Shown: one piece after another, positions 1 through 10,425 of the stretch
Numbering within the stretch: position 1 is the stretch's first letter
Layout of the letters: every line of letters starts with the position of its first letter
DNA from: TPA_inf: Saccharomyces
Lineage: Eukaryota
Direction: 5' to 3'
DNA: 64,000 nucleotides
Assembly: GCA_000146045.2 (NCBI GenBank)
Contig: BK006944.2
Span: 224,001-288,000 of the forward strand
Made by a program: the position numbers and the translations under genes
Notes under the pieces: model-generated
Database searches by the model: none
The model's input: the letters and a program-made list of their open reading frames with translations, nothing else
Told to the model about the DNA's origin: nothing

Positions 1-455
1 AATTTCGTTTCCTTAATTGCTTTGTTCAAATATGAGGCTAGTTGTTTTAACTGCAACTGATGGTCTCCTTTCAAAGTAGAACCTGGATGTAAGTTATACA
101 GGCCTATCCCTAATTGCTCACACCTGTTCAGATCGTCCATGAATGACTCATAACTCTTTTCTGCCTTTTCCCTATCCGGATTAGCCAAATTAATAAAGTA
201 TTGGCCATGCGGTAAGACGTCCGTCAATGGGTTATAATTGTAAGTTGCACAGTTTTTCTTAAATTTATCTATTTCCTCCTGTGTATACTGCGGAGAAACC
301 CACTTTCTTGGAGATTTTAAAAACATGGCAAACGAATTACAGCCAGTGTTAAATGCATTAGTTACACTATTAGAAATTCCACCGGCACCTGACATGTGCG
401 CACCAAATTTGTATTTCGAGACAGCAGATCTAACAAAGCTAGGTGTCGAAGGCAT
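1..455 (-). CDS. APN1: AP endonuclease (Endo IV family), N-terminal part only; gene continues beyond window start
   Basis: Minus-strand translation gives MPSTPSFVRSAVSKYKFGAHMSGAGG...MFLKSPRKWVSPQYTQEEIDKF...HPGS..., matching yeast Apn1; start codon (rc ATG) at 453-455; ORF open to position 1. Confidence 0.88.
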   Translation of the reverse strand, partial: MPSTPSFVRSAVSKYKFGAHMSGAGGISNSVTNAFNTGCNSFAMFLKSPRKWVSPQYTQEEIDKFKKNCATYNYNPLTDVLPHGQYFINLANPDREKAEKSYESFMDDLNRCEQLGIGLYNLHPGSTLKGDHQLQLKQLASYLNKAIKETK

Positions 456-726
456 TACGATGGTTCCGATATGCCAAAAGCTTATTAATGTTGCGTTTTG
501 TGTTTCTTATTCGGAGTTTGTCATCTTATATTTACAATGATTTCCAACATGTAAAGAAATGAAGAAAAAGAAACCAGGTAAGAATGAAAAATTCCACGTT
601 CAAGTTCCCAGAAAAACTGGCAAAAAAAGAGAAGTATTAGATGAAAAAAGTTCGTGTATACAAATATCTATGTTACATATATGCCAAGGTGAAGGACCAA
701 AAGAAGAAAGTGGAAAAAGAACCCCC

Positions 727-1875
727 TCATCTTCTTCCCTTTGTGACTTTATTCTTATTTTTGTTCAATTTTTTATTTTCTTGTGCTCTTTTCGCCGCAG
801 CAGCCAGCTGTTCCTTTGTCTTAGGCACCACTTGGAAGAACCCATCTAACCTACCCTGAATGCCAGATTTCAAGCCTTTTTTCAATCTTGATATACCAGA
901 TTTAACTCTTTCTTCACTGAATTTCTTATCATCACATAAATACTCGATAAGTTCCTTCTCCTTTGGTGGCGACCATTTCAAGTTTATTTCGTTACCATCT
1001 ATAACTTCAGGGTCAAGAAACAGCATTCTTGCTTGTTTGTAAGGCCAGTCTTCTGGGATTTTCCATTTAGTGTTGTTTGACTCCCCAGATTCAATAAACT
1101 CCACGATTTTTTCGATGGATCCATGCGTTTTTATCAATTTTAAGGCTGTCACTGGACCAACACCTCTGATGCTTTCACAGTAGTCACAACCAAGCATTAT
1201 GCAAAGATCAACAAACTGCTCTATTGTCAAGTCGAGTCCTCTCAAAACTAATTCAGTATCTATTTCGTGAATCGGTTCCTTCTTGGCCTCTGAAAAAGTC
1301 AAATGTCTCAACAAGAAGGGTGTTCTATAACAGAGTGTGTCCATATCTTCACTTGCTGCGGCATACACCTTTCCCTTCTTTGCCAACTCAGCACATTGAG
1401 CCTCAGCTTCCGTTGGCGCTATTATATATGGGATTCCCATTAGTCCTAGTAATTTTTGGGCTTCTTCATTATGCTCTTTTGAGACCTTCACCAATCTTCT
1501 TTCTTGCTTCATCTTTTCCAATTCTGTTGTTGCCTCTGCCAGTTTTTTTTCTGTTTCCACCCTTCTTGAAGACCGCTTTGTCAACTCATGAGATTTCAAA
1601 TCTGGAGGTTTGCCGTCGAAGACATAACAAGGCTTGATACCGTTATCAATCATTCTCAGTGTCCTATAAAACATACCCATCAAGTGTGACGTTGTTTCAC
1701 CGGCTTCATTGGTCAACTGCCCACCGTCTTGCTGTCTTACAGCAATTAAAAACTGATATAGAGACATAGAGGCATCGATGGCAACCTTTCTGCCAAAAAA
1801 GCTCTTGATATCGCTTTTCCTGATAGCAGAGGGAACATGTTCCGATATAATTGCATTCAAACCTTTAATACCCAT
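727..1875 (-). CDS. RAD27: Flap endonuclease FEN-1 (5' flap endonuclease / 5'-3' exonuclease)
   Basis: 382 aa [23 protein letters not shown]...; XPG N/I nuclease domains; identical to Rad27 as recalled. Confidence 0.97.
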
Positions 1876-1997
1876 ATTTTTTCTTCCGGTGTCCGTTTCC
1901 TATTTCTTTCCAATGTATGCTGTCAACGCTTTTCATCGATGTATATAAGGAAGAATACCTCATTATAATACATCAAAACCTTCATTTGCGCGATGTT

Positions 1998-2003
1998 ACG
2001 CGT
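1998..2003. promoter_or_regulatory. MCB element (ACGCGT) in RAD27/ABF1 divergent promoter
   Basis: Exact MluI cell-cycle box ACGCGT ~120 bp upstream of RAD27 ATG; RAD27 is a known MBF/G1-S regulated gene. Confidence 0.5.
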
Positions 2004-2049
2004 CGCGTTTCCTATAAAAAATACATAAGCTAGTGAATAAAAGCTTTAA

Positions 2050-2055
2050 ACGCGT
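2050..2055. promoter_or_regulatory. second MCB element (ACGCGT) in RAD27/ABF1 divergent promoter
   Basis: Exact ACGCGT 47 bp from first copy. Confidence 0.5.
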
Positions 2056-2569
2056 TAGGGGGATCTGCAATTAAAGTAAATAAATGAAATAAATGAAATA
2101 GATGAAAAACTGGTTACACTAATTATAACGTTAATAAAACTAGTTGATAATCAAAATATTGCCATAGCTAAGCCAATAGTACAGCGTTGGCTTTCTATCA
2201 TAACTTACCAGCCGGGTGCCCAATCGGGTATCTGTCACCGAAAGTCACTGTTAACGAGGTGTGATTCAGCCGGGTACTAGTCTAGCATTTTTTTTCGCCT
2301 GTTTTTTTCGTGAAAAACGAAAAGTGGCAAGCAAACTTATATCACTTTCTACTTCTTTCCCTGTTCTTTTTGTTTATTGGCAATGGCCACTACCACATCC
2401 CCATTAACGAAAGTCACCAAAGTGTGTCATTTAATACTACGGTTAGTGACAGCATTTTGTTTAGATCTCAACTAGAGAGGATTATCAACTGCTAAGCCCT
2501 TTACACGTTATCTGTGATCCTGCTGCACTAGGAAACGTTTCAAATCACCATATTTGCAATTTCACAAGG

Positions 2570-4765
2570 ATGGACAAATTAGTCGTGAATTATTATGAAT
2601 ACAAGCACCCTATAATTAATAAAGACCTGGCCATTGGAGCCCATGGAGGCAAAAAATTTCCCACCTTGGGTGCTTGGTATGATGTAATTAATGAGTACGA
2701 ATTTCAGACGCGTTGCCCTATTATTTTAAAGAATTCGCATAGGAACAAACATTTTACATTTGCCTGTCATTTGAAAAACTGTCCATTTAAAGTCTTGCTA
2801 AGCTATGCTGGCAATGCTGCATCCTCAGAAACCTCATCTCCTTCTGCAAATAATAATACCAACCCTCCGGGTACTCCTGATCATATTCATCATCATAGCA
2901 ACAACATGAACAACGAGGACAATGATAATAACAATGGCAGTAATAATAAGGTTAGCAATGACAGTAAACTTGACTTCGTTACTGATGATCTTGAATACCA
3001 TCTGGCGAACACTCATCCGGACGACACCAATGACAAAGTGGAGTCGAGAAGCAATGAGGTGAATGGGAACAATGACGATGATGCTGATGCCAACAACATT
3101 TTTAAACAGCAAGGTGTTACTATCAAGAACGACACTGAAGATGATTCGATAAATAAGGCCTCTATTGACCGGGGATTGGACGACGAGAGCGGTCCTACTC
3201 ATGGTAATGACAGCGGTAACCACCGTCACAACGAGGAGGATGACGTCCATACCCAAATGACGAAAAACTATTCTGACGTAGTGAACGATGAAGACATCAA
3301 CGTTGCCATTGCCAATGCCGTCGCAAATGTAGATTCTCAATCAAACAATAAGCACGATGGAAAAGACGATGATGCCACTAACAACAATGATGGCCAAGAT
3401 AATAATACTAATAACGATCACAACAATAACAGCAATATCAATAACAACAATGTCGGTAGCCACGGCATTTCCTCCCACTCACCATCCTCCATACGAGACA
3501 CGTCTATGAATTTAGACGTCTTCAATTCTGCTACCGATGATATACCGGGCCCATTTGTCGTTACCAAAATTGAGCCCTATCATAGTCACCCACTAGAAGA
3601 TAACTTGTCACTGGGTAAATTTATCCTAACTAAGATTCCAAAGATTTTACAAAACGATTTAAAGTTTGATCAAATACTAGAAAGCTCTTACAATAATTCT
3701 AACCATACAGTGAGTAAATTTAAAGTTTCTCATTACGTGGAGGAGTCCGGTCTTTTAGACATTTTAATGCAAAGATATGGATTAACCGCCGAAGATTTCG
3801 AAAAAAGGTTACTTTCCCAAATAGCCAGACGTATAACGACGTATAAAGCAAGATTTGTTTTGAAAAAGAAAAAAATGGGCGAGTATAATGATTTACAACC
3901 TTCTTCATCTTCCAATAACAACAATAACAACGATGGTGAGCTTTCTGGCACGAACTTGAGAAGTAACTCTATCGACTACGCCAAACATCAGGAAATATCA
4001 AGTGCGGGTACCTCATCGAACACAACCAAAAATGTGAATAATAACAAGAATGACAGTAATGACGATAATAACGGCAACAATAATAATGACGCCTCAAATT
4101 TAATGGAAAGTGTGCTAGATAAAACCTCTAGTCACCGGTATCAACCCAAGAAGATGCCAAGCGTCAATAAATGGAGCAAGCCAGATCAAATAACTCATTC
4201 AGACGTGTCCATGGTTGGCCTAGATGAATCAAACGATGGCGGTAATGAAAATGTCCACCCAACCTTGGCTGAAGTAGACGCTCAAGAAGCTCGTGAAACT
4301 GCTCAGTTAGCCATAGACAAGATCAATTCTTATAAGAGGTCCATTGATGACAAGAATGGTGATGGCCATAACAATTCGTCGAGAAACGTGGTAGATGAAA
4401 ACTTGATCAACGATATGGATTCAGAAGATGCTCACAAGTCCAAAAGACAGCATTTGTCAGATATCACACTGGAAGAGAGAAATGAAGACGACAAACTACC
4501 ACATGAAGTGGCGGAACAGTTAAGGTTACTGTCATCGCATTTGAAAGAGGTAGAGAATCTACACCAGAATAATGATGATGACGTAGACGATGTAATGGTG
4601 GACGTGGATGTAGAATCGCAGTATAATAAGAACACAACTCATCATAATAACCATCATAGCCAACCTCATCACGATGAAGAAGATGTTGCTGGACTAATAG
4701 GGAAAGCCGATGATGAAGAAGACCTTTCTGATGAAAACATTCAACCAGAATTAAGAGGTCAATAG
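2570..4765 (+). CDS. ABF1: ARS-binding factor 1, general regulatory DNA-binding protein
   Basis: 731 aa ORF MDKLVVNYYEYKHPIINKDLAIGAHGGKKFPTLGAWYD...; long Asn/Asp-rich low-complexity middle region typical of Abf1. Confidence 0.97.
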   Translation: MDKLVVNYYEYKHPIINKDLAIGAHGGKKFPTLGAWYDVINEYEFQTRCPIILKNSHRNKHFTFACHLKNCPFKVLLSYAGNAASSETSSPSANNNTNPPGTPDHIHHHSNNMNNEDNDNNNGSNNKVSNDSKLDFVTDDLEYHLANTHPDDTNDKVESRSNEVNGNNDDDADANNIFKQQGVTIKNDTEDDSINKASIDRGLDDESGPTHGNDSGNHRHNEEDDVHTQMTKNYSDVVNDEDINVAIANAVANVDSQSNNKHDGKDDDATNNNDGQDNNTNNDHNNNSNINNNNVGSHGISSHSPSSIRDTSMNLDVFNSATDDIPGPFVVTKIEPYHSHPLEDNLSLGKFILTKIPKILQNDLKFDQILESSYNNSNHTVSKFKVSHYVEESGLLDILMQRYGLTAEDFEKRLLSQIARRITTYKARFVLKKKKMGEYNDLQPSSSSNNNNNNDGELSGTNLRSNSIDYAKHQEISSAGTSSNTTKNVNNNKNDSNDDNNGNNNNDASNLMESVLDKTSSHRYQPKKMPSVNKWSKPDQITHSDVSMVGLDESNDGGNENVHPTLAEVDAQEARETAQLAIDKINSYKRSIDDKNGDGHNNSSRNVVDENLINDMDSEDAHKSKRQHLSDITLEERNEDDKLPHEVAEQLRLLSSHLKEVENLHQNNDDDVDDVMVDVDVESQYNKNTTHHNNHHSQPHHDEEDVAGLIGKADDEEDLSDENIQPELRGQ

Positions 4766-4938
4766 ATACCCAGTTGAGAAGACGAGCTATTTTTCTCATG
4801 TTTCTTTTGTTTATTCACTTTTCTATACTTTTTCTTTTCTATTGAAATATATATTATATCTTATGTATGTTTTTTTGTATTATAAACAAGCAAATTTCGT
4901 CTTGCCATTTACCTTCTGATATTAATCACATGTATATC

Positions 4939-5880
4939 TCAATTCAAGTTTTTGTTAAGATAATCAGCGAAAAGCGGACCGATCCTATCTTGATCTATAT
5001 CTCTTAGTTTGTTGAAGTTAATGAATTGCCTTTTCAATCTCTGCAATTGCGCCAACGTAACGACGTTACCAATGGGCAAGTCTACGAAGAAGCAACCATC
5101 ATCATTGATATCGGTAATCCCTTCGGAAACAATGACTCTTGTTCCGTTACTTACCCCGCCAATAGAAGTCAGGCTTTTGATGTGGTTCATTATGGTTTTT
5201 ATTATCTTACTAGTTTCGATGTCGAGAACCTGGATGAAATTGGACTGAGACGCAGGCTTTAGTACCGTGGCTGAGTTCGGTTTTTGTAAGCCCTTACTCA
5301 ACGGATCATTGTGTCCACTGTTTTTAGCCGATTTGGAAGTTTGAAAGACTACTTTACAAATATCGTCGATGTAGTCAGTTATGTTGTCCTGAGGAGTAAG
5401 AATAGCAAAGAGTGGAGAGTCCCATCGGTTGCTTGAGTTAGGCTCTTCGTATCGTTGAATCAATTGATTCAATAACTCGGGTTCCCAAGGGTTCGGGTTT
5501 GAAGTCTTATTCCACTCGAATATAGTCTCTGGTGGACACAGTGTTTGAATTACACAAAATGTGGTGGACAAATTTTTCACCTCGCAGTGAAGTTGATACC
5601 GGAAACCCTTGATATAATTCAACGAGTCTACAATGACTATCTTGTTTTTAGATAGATCTCTTTTCACTGCGGAGATGATCTCCGACCTCAATTTTCTTTC
5701 ATCTTGGGAAGTTATATAATCTGAATGTTTTATGCCTAAAGATTCATCTGAATGATAGGTTATGGAATATTTACTTAATGATGGGGTTGCATCGATCTTG
5801 GACTGTAGTAGTTGTACCAAATGTTTAGCAAGCGTTGTCTTACCACTACATGGGTATCCCGTAAAAAGCACCAGTGGCAT
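4939..5880 (-). CDS. KTI12: Elongator-associated P-loop protein Kti12
   Basis: MPLVLFTGYPCSGKTTLAKHL... (Walker A GxxxxGKT); track ORF 4939..5913 starts at TTG, first ATG at 5880 gives the known 313 aa. Confidence 0.92.
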   Translation of the reverse strand: MPLVLFTGYPCSGKTTLAKHLVQLLQSKIDATPSLSKYSITYHSDESLGIKHSDYITSQDERKLRSEIISAVKRDLSKNKIVIVDSLNYIKGFRYQLHCEVKNLSTTFCVIQTLCPPETIFEWNKTSNPNPWEPELLNQLIQRYEEPNSSNRWDSPLFAILTPQDNITDYIDDICKVVFQTSKSAKNSGHNDPLSKGLQKPNSATVLKPASQSNFIQVLDIETSKIIKTIMNHIKSLTSIGGVSNGTRVIVSEGITDINDDGCFFVDLPIGNVVTLAQLQRLKRQFINFNKLRDIDQDRIGPLFADYLNKNLN

Positions 5881-8226
5881 CTTCTTACTAAATTGCCTGT
5901 TTAGTTTTTTCAAAAGTTTTACAAGGTCCCTTTACCCTCATTCTGATACGTTATTGTTCAAGTTTCACCTGTTCATCAAGTATTCTTCATTTCTTTTTCC
6001 ATCGCGATGACGATGACAAAACGGCAAAAAGTCAAAGAAAAAGAAAAAAAAAGATTTTTTTTCCATCATATGCAGAGAGAATATGTCCAAGCCAAGCGCA
6101 GTGTGCATGTATGCTGTTTTTAGCATATCGGGTGTGCGAAAGGAATGACATAATGATTTGCAACTAATATTTCCTTATATAAATATGCTTCTGGATATGA
6201 GTCTCATGAAACAAGTTCAGTAATTGCTTGTTTTACCCTTACTTTTTTCTTGGTTATGACTTGTGTACATAATAAATTGCCTATTTTCCCAAATTGTGTC
6301 CTTTTTCCTTTCCGGTTGGTATGAGATATTTCTTTTCAAAAATCAAAAGAAAACAACAAAGGGTTGATATTATGTAATGCAATACCTAGAATCGGGAAAA
6401 ACTTGTTTGTCGTACCAAGAGAGGCAGCACTGGCGTGCCTTGATTTAATATAACTCCTGAGATAGTGGGGGTTACATGAGTTGTACAGCATAAGACTCCC
6501 TCTCCCCAGTTCTGTTCGTATATGTCGGGCTTGCTTGCGAAAGCAAGGGGTTCAATAAACAGAAAACAGAGTTTTTGGATAAAGTTTAAACAACGGAAAC
6601 AGAGCAACAATGAAGGAGAGAATAAGTATCAATTGTGTAATTCTGTATACCGTAGTGCACAGTACGCTGTGCGCAACTCTTGCCTAAAAAATCTAGTTAT
6701 CAAGCGGGGTGAATATGCTACAATGCCTCTTTTACGTTGTACTCTATCAAGGGATGATAGCAGTGGCACATATTGATTGATACGACTTTTCGCCGCGCGG
6801 TAGGCGAAAAGCAAAGAAAACTACAGTAATATCCAGAAATAGATGCATTTTATGTGCGAAATAAAACTCATGCTGAAAAAAATAGTAATAATTAATAGGG
6901 TAACGAATAGAATGCAAACCTTATCACGTGAAAGAGAGAACAATCATAAATGATTTAGTGCGTAGGTCCAGATTTGCGAAACACTGCGGAAGGCGAGAAA
7001 AGAATTCGAATATGAAGTAGGTAGAAGCAGAGGTAGGGCCGCTATTTAAAGATATACTTTTTCTGTACGGGCCGGTGACTTCGCAGTAGTGATGTACTAT
7101 GAGATCACTATTTTGCCGGAAACTGTAGGCAAAAACCGTTTATGTCTTTTTTTCACCTTACGGGATAACCTCTGCTGAGAATTTCCAAAACTAGGCATGG
7201 ATGATTGCCGGAATTTGAAACCCGGGCCCCGGAGGTTGATCGCACGGCAAATACATAAGAACCTTCTCCGCAATACGGGCTTTCCTCAATTTTCTTGGCC
7301 AAAAAGCGAGTCGGCCCCGAGCTACAAATCGGGAACAACGGAGGAATAGAGCGACAAGTTGATTCGGTCGTGCAGCCCGGAAAAAAAAGGCTGTCCTGCG
7401 GGCTTTATTCACTCCAATGCCGCTGAGAGGAACACGCGTTTCGTGGGCTTTGGACCACTACCCCGGCGTTCAGAGAAACCCCCCGGGGCAGGGGTCCGAA
7501 GTCTAAAAGTTTAATCCGGAAGTAGCGACGGGGGGGAAGCCCGCCGCGCACAGATGGCCAGCACAACGGAGCGGGGCCGAGGCGGCAAACGAGGTTAAGC
7601 CCGCTGAACCTGAAAAAAAAAACGAAAATTTTCTTTCATCAAGGACTAAAGTTTTCTTATGTTACGGATCTTGCACGCGGTAAGCAATGGCCGTAGCCTT
7701 TTCACAGTTGCTTCCAAGTGTCATGTATCGATTTTGCAGATTGTTCTAAAAGTAAATGGATTGCTATTTTCTTTCCGAGACTACTCTAAAAAAATTTATT
7801 GAGTATGAGATCGTTTTTAGATAAATTATATATATTGTAAAGCTATTAACTAATCTCCTATATCAATTTCTTCTTGCTTAACCCCGTGTGGTTGTTTAGG
7901 TCCATCTCCTTTTTCCTTTTAATTTTTTTACCTTTATTAATTCCTTCACCTCTCTAAACCCCAGTTTTATATCGTATATGCTATCTACAGGTCCACTTTA
8001 CACTTAATAATATAAAAATACTACTATAAAGGAACCAGAAAAATAAAAAAGGGTCATTATTTATTTGAGCAGATCATTATCAAACGCATAGGAAGAGAAA
8101 AAACACAGTTTTATTTTTTTTCCACACATATTTATTGGTCTCCTAGTACATCAAAGAGCATTTTAATGGGTTGCTGATTTGTTTTACCTACATTTTCTAG
8201 TACAAAAAAAAAACAAAAAAAGAATC

Positions 8227-9891
8227 ATGACCGCAAAGACTTTTCTACTACAGGCCTCCGCTAGTCGCCCTCGTAGTAACCATTTTAAAAATGAGCATAA
8301 TAATATTCCATTGGCGCCTGTACCGATCGCCCCAAATACCAACCATCATAACAATAGTTCGCTGGAATTCGAAAACGATGGCAGTAAAAAGAAGAAGAAG
8401 TCTAGCTTGGTGGTTAGAACTTCAAAACATTGGGTTTTGCCCCCAAGACCAAGACCTGGTAGAAGATCATCTTCTCACAACACTCTACCTGCCAACAACA
8501 CCAATAATATTTTAAATGTTGGCCCTAACAGCAGGAACAGTAGTAATAATAATAATAATAATAACATCATTTCGAATAGGAAACAAGCTTCCAAAGAAAA
8601 GAGGAAAATACCAAGACATATCCAGACAATCGATGAAAAGCTAATAAACGACTCGAATTACCTCGCATTTTTGAAGTTCGATGACTTGGAAAATGAAAAG
8701 TTTCATTCTTCTGCCTCCTCCATTTCATCTCCATCTTATTCATCTCCATCTTTTTCAAGTTATAGAAATAGAAAAAAATCAGAATTCATGGACGATGAAA
8801 GCTGCACCGATGTGGAAACCATTGCTGCTCACAACAGTCTGCTAACAAAAAACCATCATATAGATTCTTCTTCAAATGTTCACGCACCACCCACGAAAAA
8901 ATCAAAGTTGAACGACTTTGATTTATTGTCCTTATCTTCCACATCTTCATCGGCCACTCCGGTCCCACAGTTGACAAAAGATTTGAACATGAACCTAAAT
9001 TTTCATAAGATCCCTCATAAGGCTTCATTCCCTGATTCTCCAGCAGATTTCTCTCCAGCAGATTCAGTCTCGTTGATTAGAAACCACTCCTTGCCTACTA
9101 ATTTGCAAGTTAAGGACAAAATTGAGGATTTGAACGAGATTAAATTCTTTAACGATTTCGAGAAACTTGAGTTTTTCAATAAGTATGCCAAAGTCAACAC
9201 GAATAACGACGTTAACGAAAATAATGATCTCTGGAATTCTTACTTACAGTCTATGGACGATACAACAGGTAAGAACAGTGGCAATTACCAACAAGTGGAC
9301 AATGACGATAATATGTCTTTATTGAATCTGCCAATTTTGGAGGAAACCGTATCTTCAGGGCAAGATGATAAGGTTGAGCCAGATGAAGAAGACATTTGGA
9401 ATTATTTACCAAGTTCAAGTTCACAACAAGAAGATTCATCACGTGCTTTGAAAAAAAATACTAATTCTGAGAAGGCGAACATCCAAGCAAAGAACGATGA
9501 AACCTATCTGTTTCTTCAGGATCAGGATGAAAGCGCTGATTCGCATCACCATGACGAGTTAGGTTCAGAAATCACTTTGGCTGACAATAAGTTTTCTTAT
9601 TTGCCCCCAACTCTAGAAGAGTTGATGGAAGAGCAGGACTGTAACAATGGCAGATCTTTTAAAAATTTCATGTTTTCCAACGATACCGGTATTGACGGTA
9701 GTGCCGGTACTGATGACGACTACACCAAAGTTCTGAAATCCAAAAAAATTTCTACGTCGAAGTCGAACGCTAACCTTTATGACTTAAACGATAACAACAA
9801 TGATGCAACTGCCACCAATGAACTTGATCAAAGCAGTTTCATCGACGACCTTGACGAAGATGTCGATTTTTTAAAGGTACAAGTATTTTGA
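8227..9891 (+). CDS. HAP4: Transcriptional activator subunit of the CCAAT-binding HAP2/3/4/5 complex
   Basis: [36 protein letters not shown]... 554 aa; track ORF begins at TTG 8179, first ATG 8227. Confidence 0.93.
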
Positions 9892-10262
9892 AATAGGCAT
9901 GTTGCAATAAAACGAAAACAACTAAAAATCACGAAAACAAAATGATATTATACAATAAAAAATTCTTATTATGGGTAATGATAGTATTCTTCGCCTGCTT
10001 AGGCGTCCTTTTCCTTCAACAACAAAAATTCCAAAAAAAAAAAGTAAAAAAACAAAACTTTGATTGTTTTTTAATGATGTTAATGATTTTTTTTTTCTTT
10101 CTTTATCATAAAAAAAAAGTTAAAATGAAAAACAAATATGGGTCTGGAAGGCCATTATTTTTTTTTTATTTATATACCGTTTCTGGTACTTAGTTATTTA
10201 TTCTCATACATACACTATATTCAAATTACCTAAGAGCATTTTCACATATCCGTTTACTTTCA

Positions 10263-10276
10263 TTTTTTTTTTTTTT
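10263..10276. repeat. poly(dT) tract (14 T) in HAP4-SLD2 intergenic region
   Basis: homopolymer read directly; further A/T runs at 10020-10110 and 10160-10180; typical nucleosome-excluding promoter/terminator tracts. Confidence 0.6.
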
Positions 10277-10316
10277 GCTTCCTTTTTACATATCTTCCGT
10301 ATATCACATCACGTTT

Positions 10317-10322
10317 ACGCGT
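10317..10322. promoter_or_regulatory. MCB element (ACGCGT) ~105 bp upstream of SLD2
   Basis: exact ACGCGT; SLD2/DRC1 is a G1/S-expressed replication initiation gene. Confidence 0.45.
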
Positions 10323-10425
10323 ATGGTGAAACACGTCAAGAGAAAAATGATAAAATCAAATTTTGATTTACATCAGGCTCCACAGGACAGGGAAATCTAT
10401 CTAGTGAGGCGATAACTGTAGTTCG

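Noticed and set aside
2834-3340. 168-aa antisense ORF inside ABF1 (YKL111C-like)
   Set aside because: It lies entirely within the Asn/Asp-rich low-complexity part of ABF1 on the opposite strand, has a hydrophobic low-complexity composition, and is a classic dubious ORF.
6061-6170. Possible stand-alone snoRNA near aTGATtt at 6160 in the KTI12-HAP4 region
   Set aside because: No proper C box (RUGAUGA) with matching D box (CUGA) and terminal stem could be found.
8179-8226. ORF-track N-terminal extensions that start at TTG/GTG (HAP4 8179, KTI12 5913, AAT1 13497, MTC2 32749, BUD2 45471, CAB3 51280, MDH1 54982)
   Set aside because: On inspection the first codon of each is TTG or GTG, not ATG. Trimming to the first in-frame ATG reproduces the known protein lengths (554, 313, 451, 357, 1104, 571, 334 aa). 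These are treated as ORF-finder artefacts, apart from the HAP4 translational-control note.
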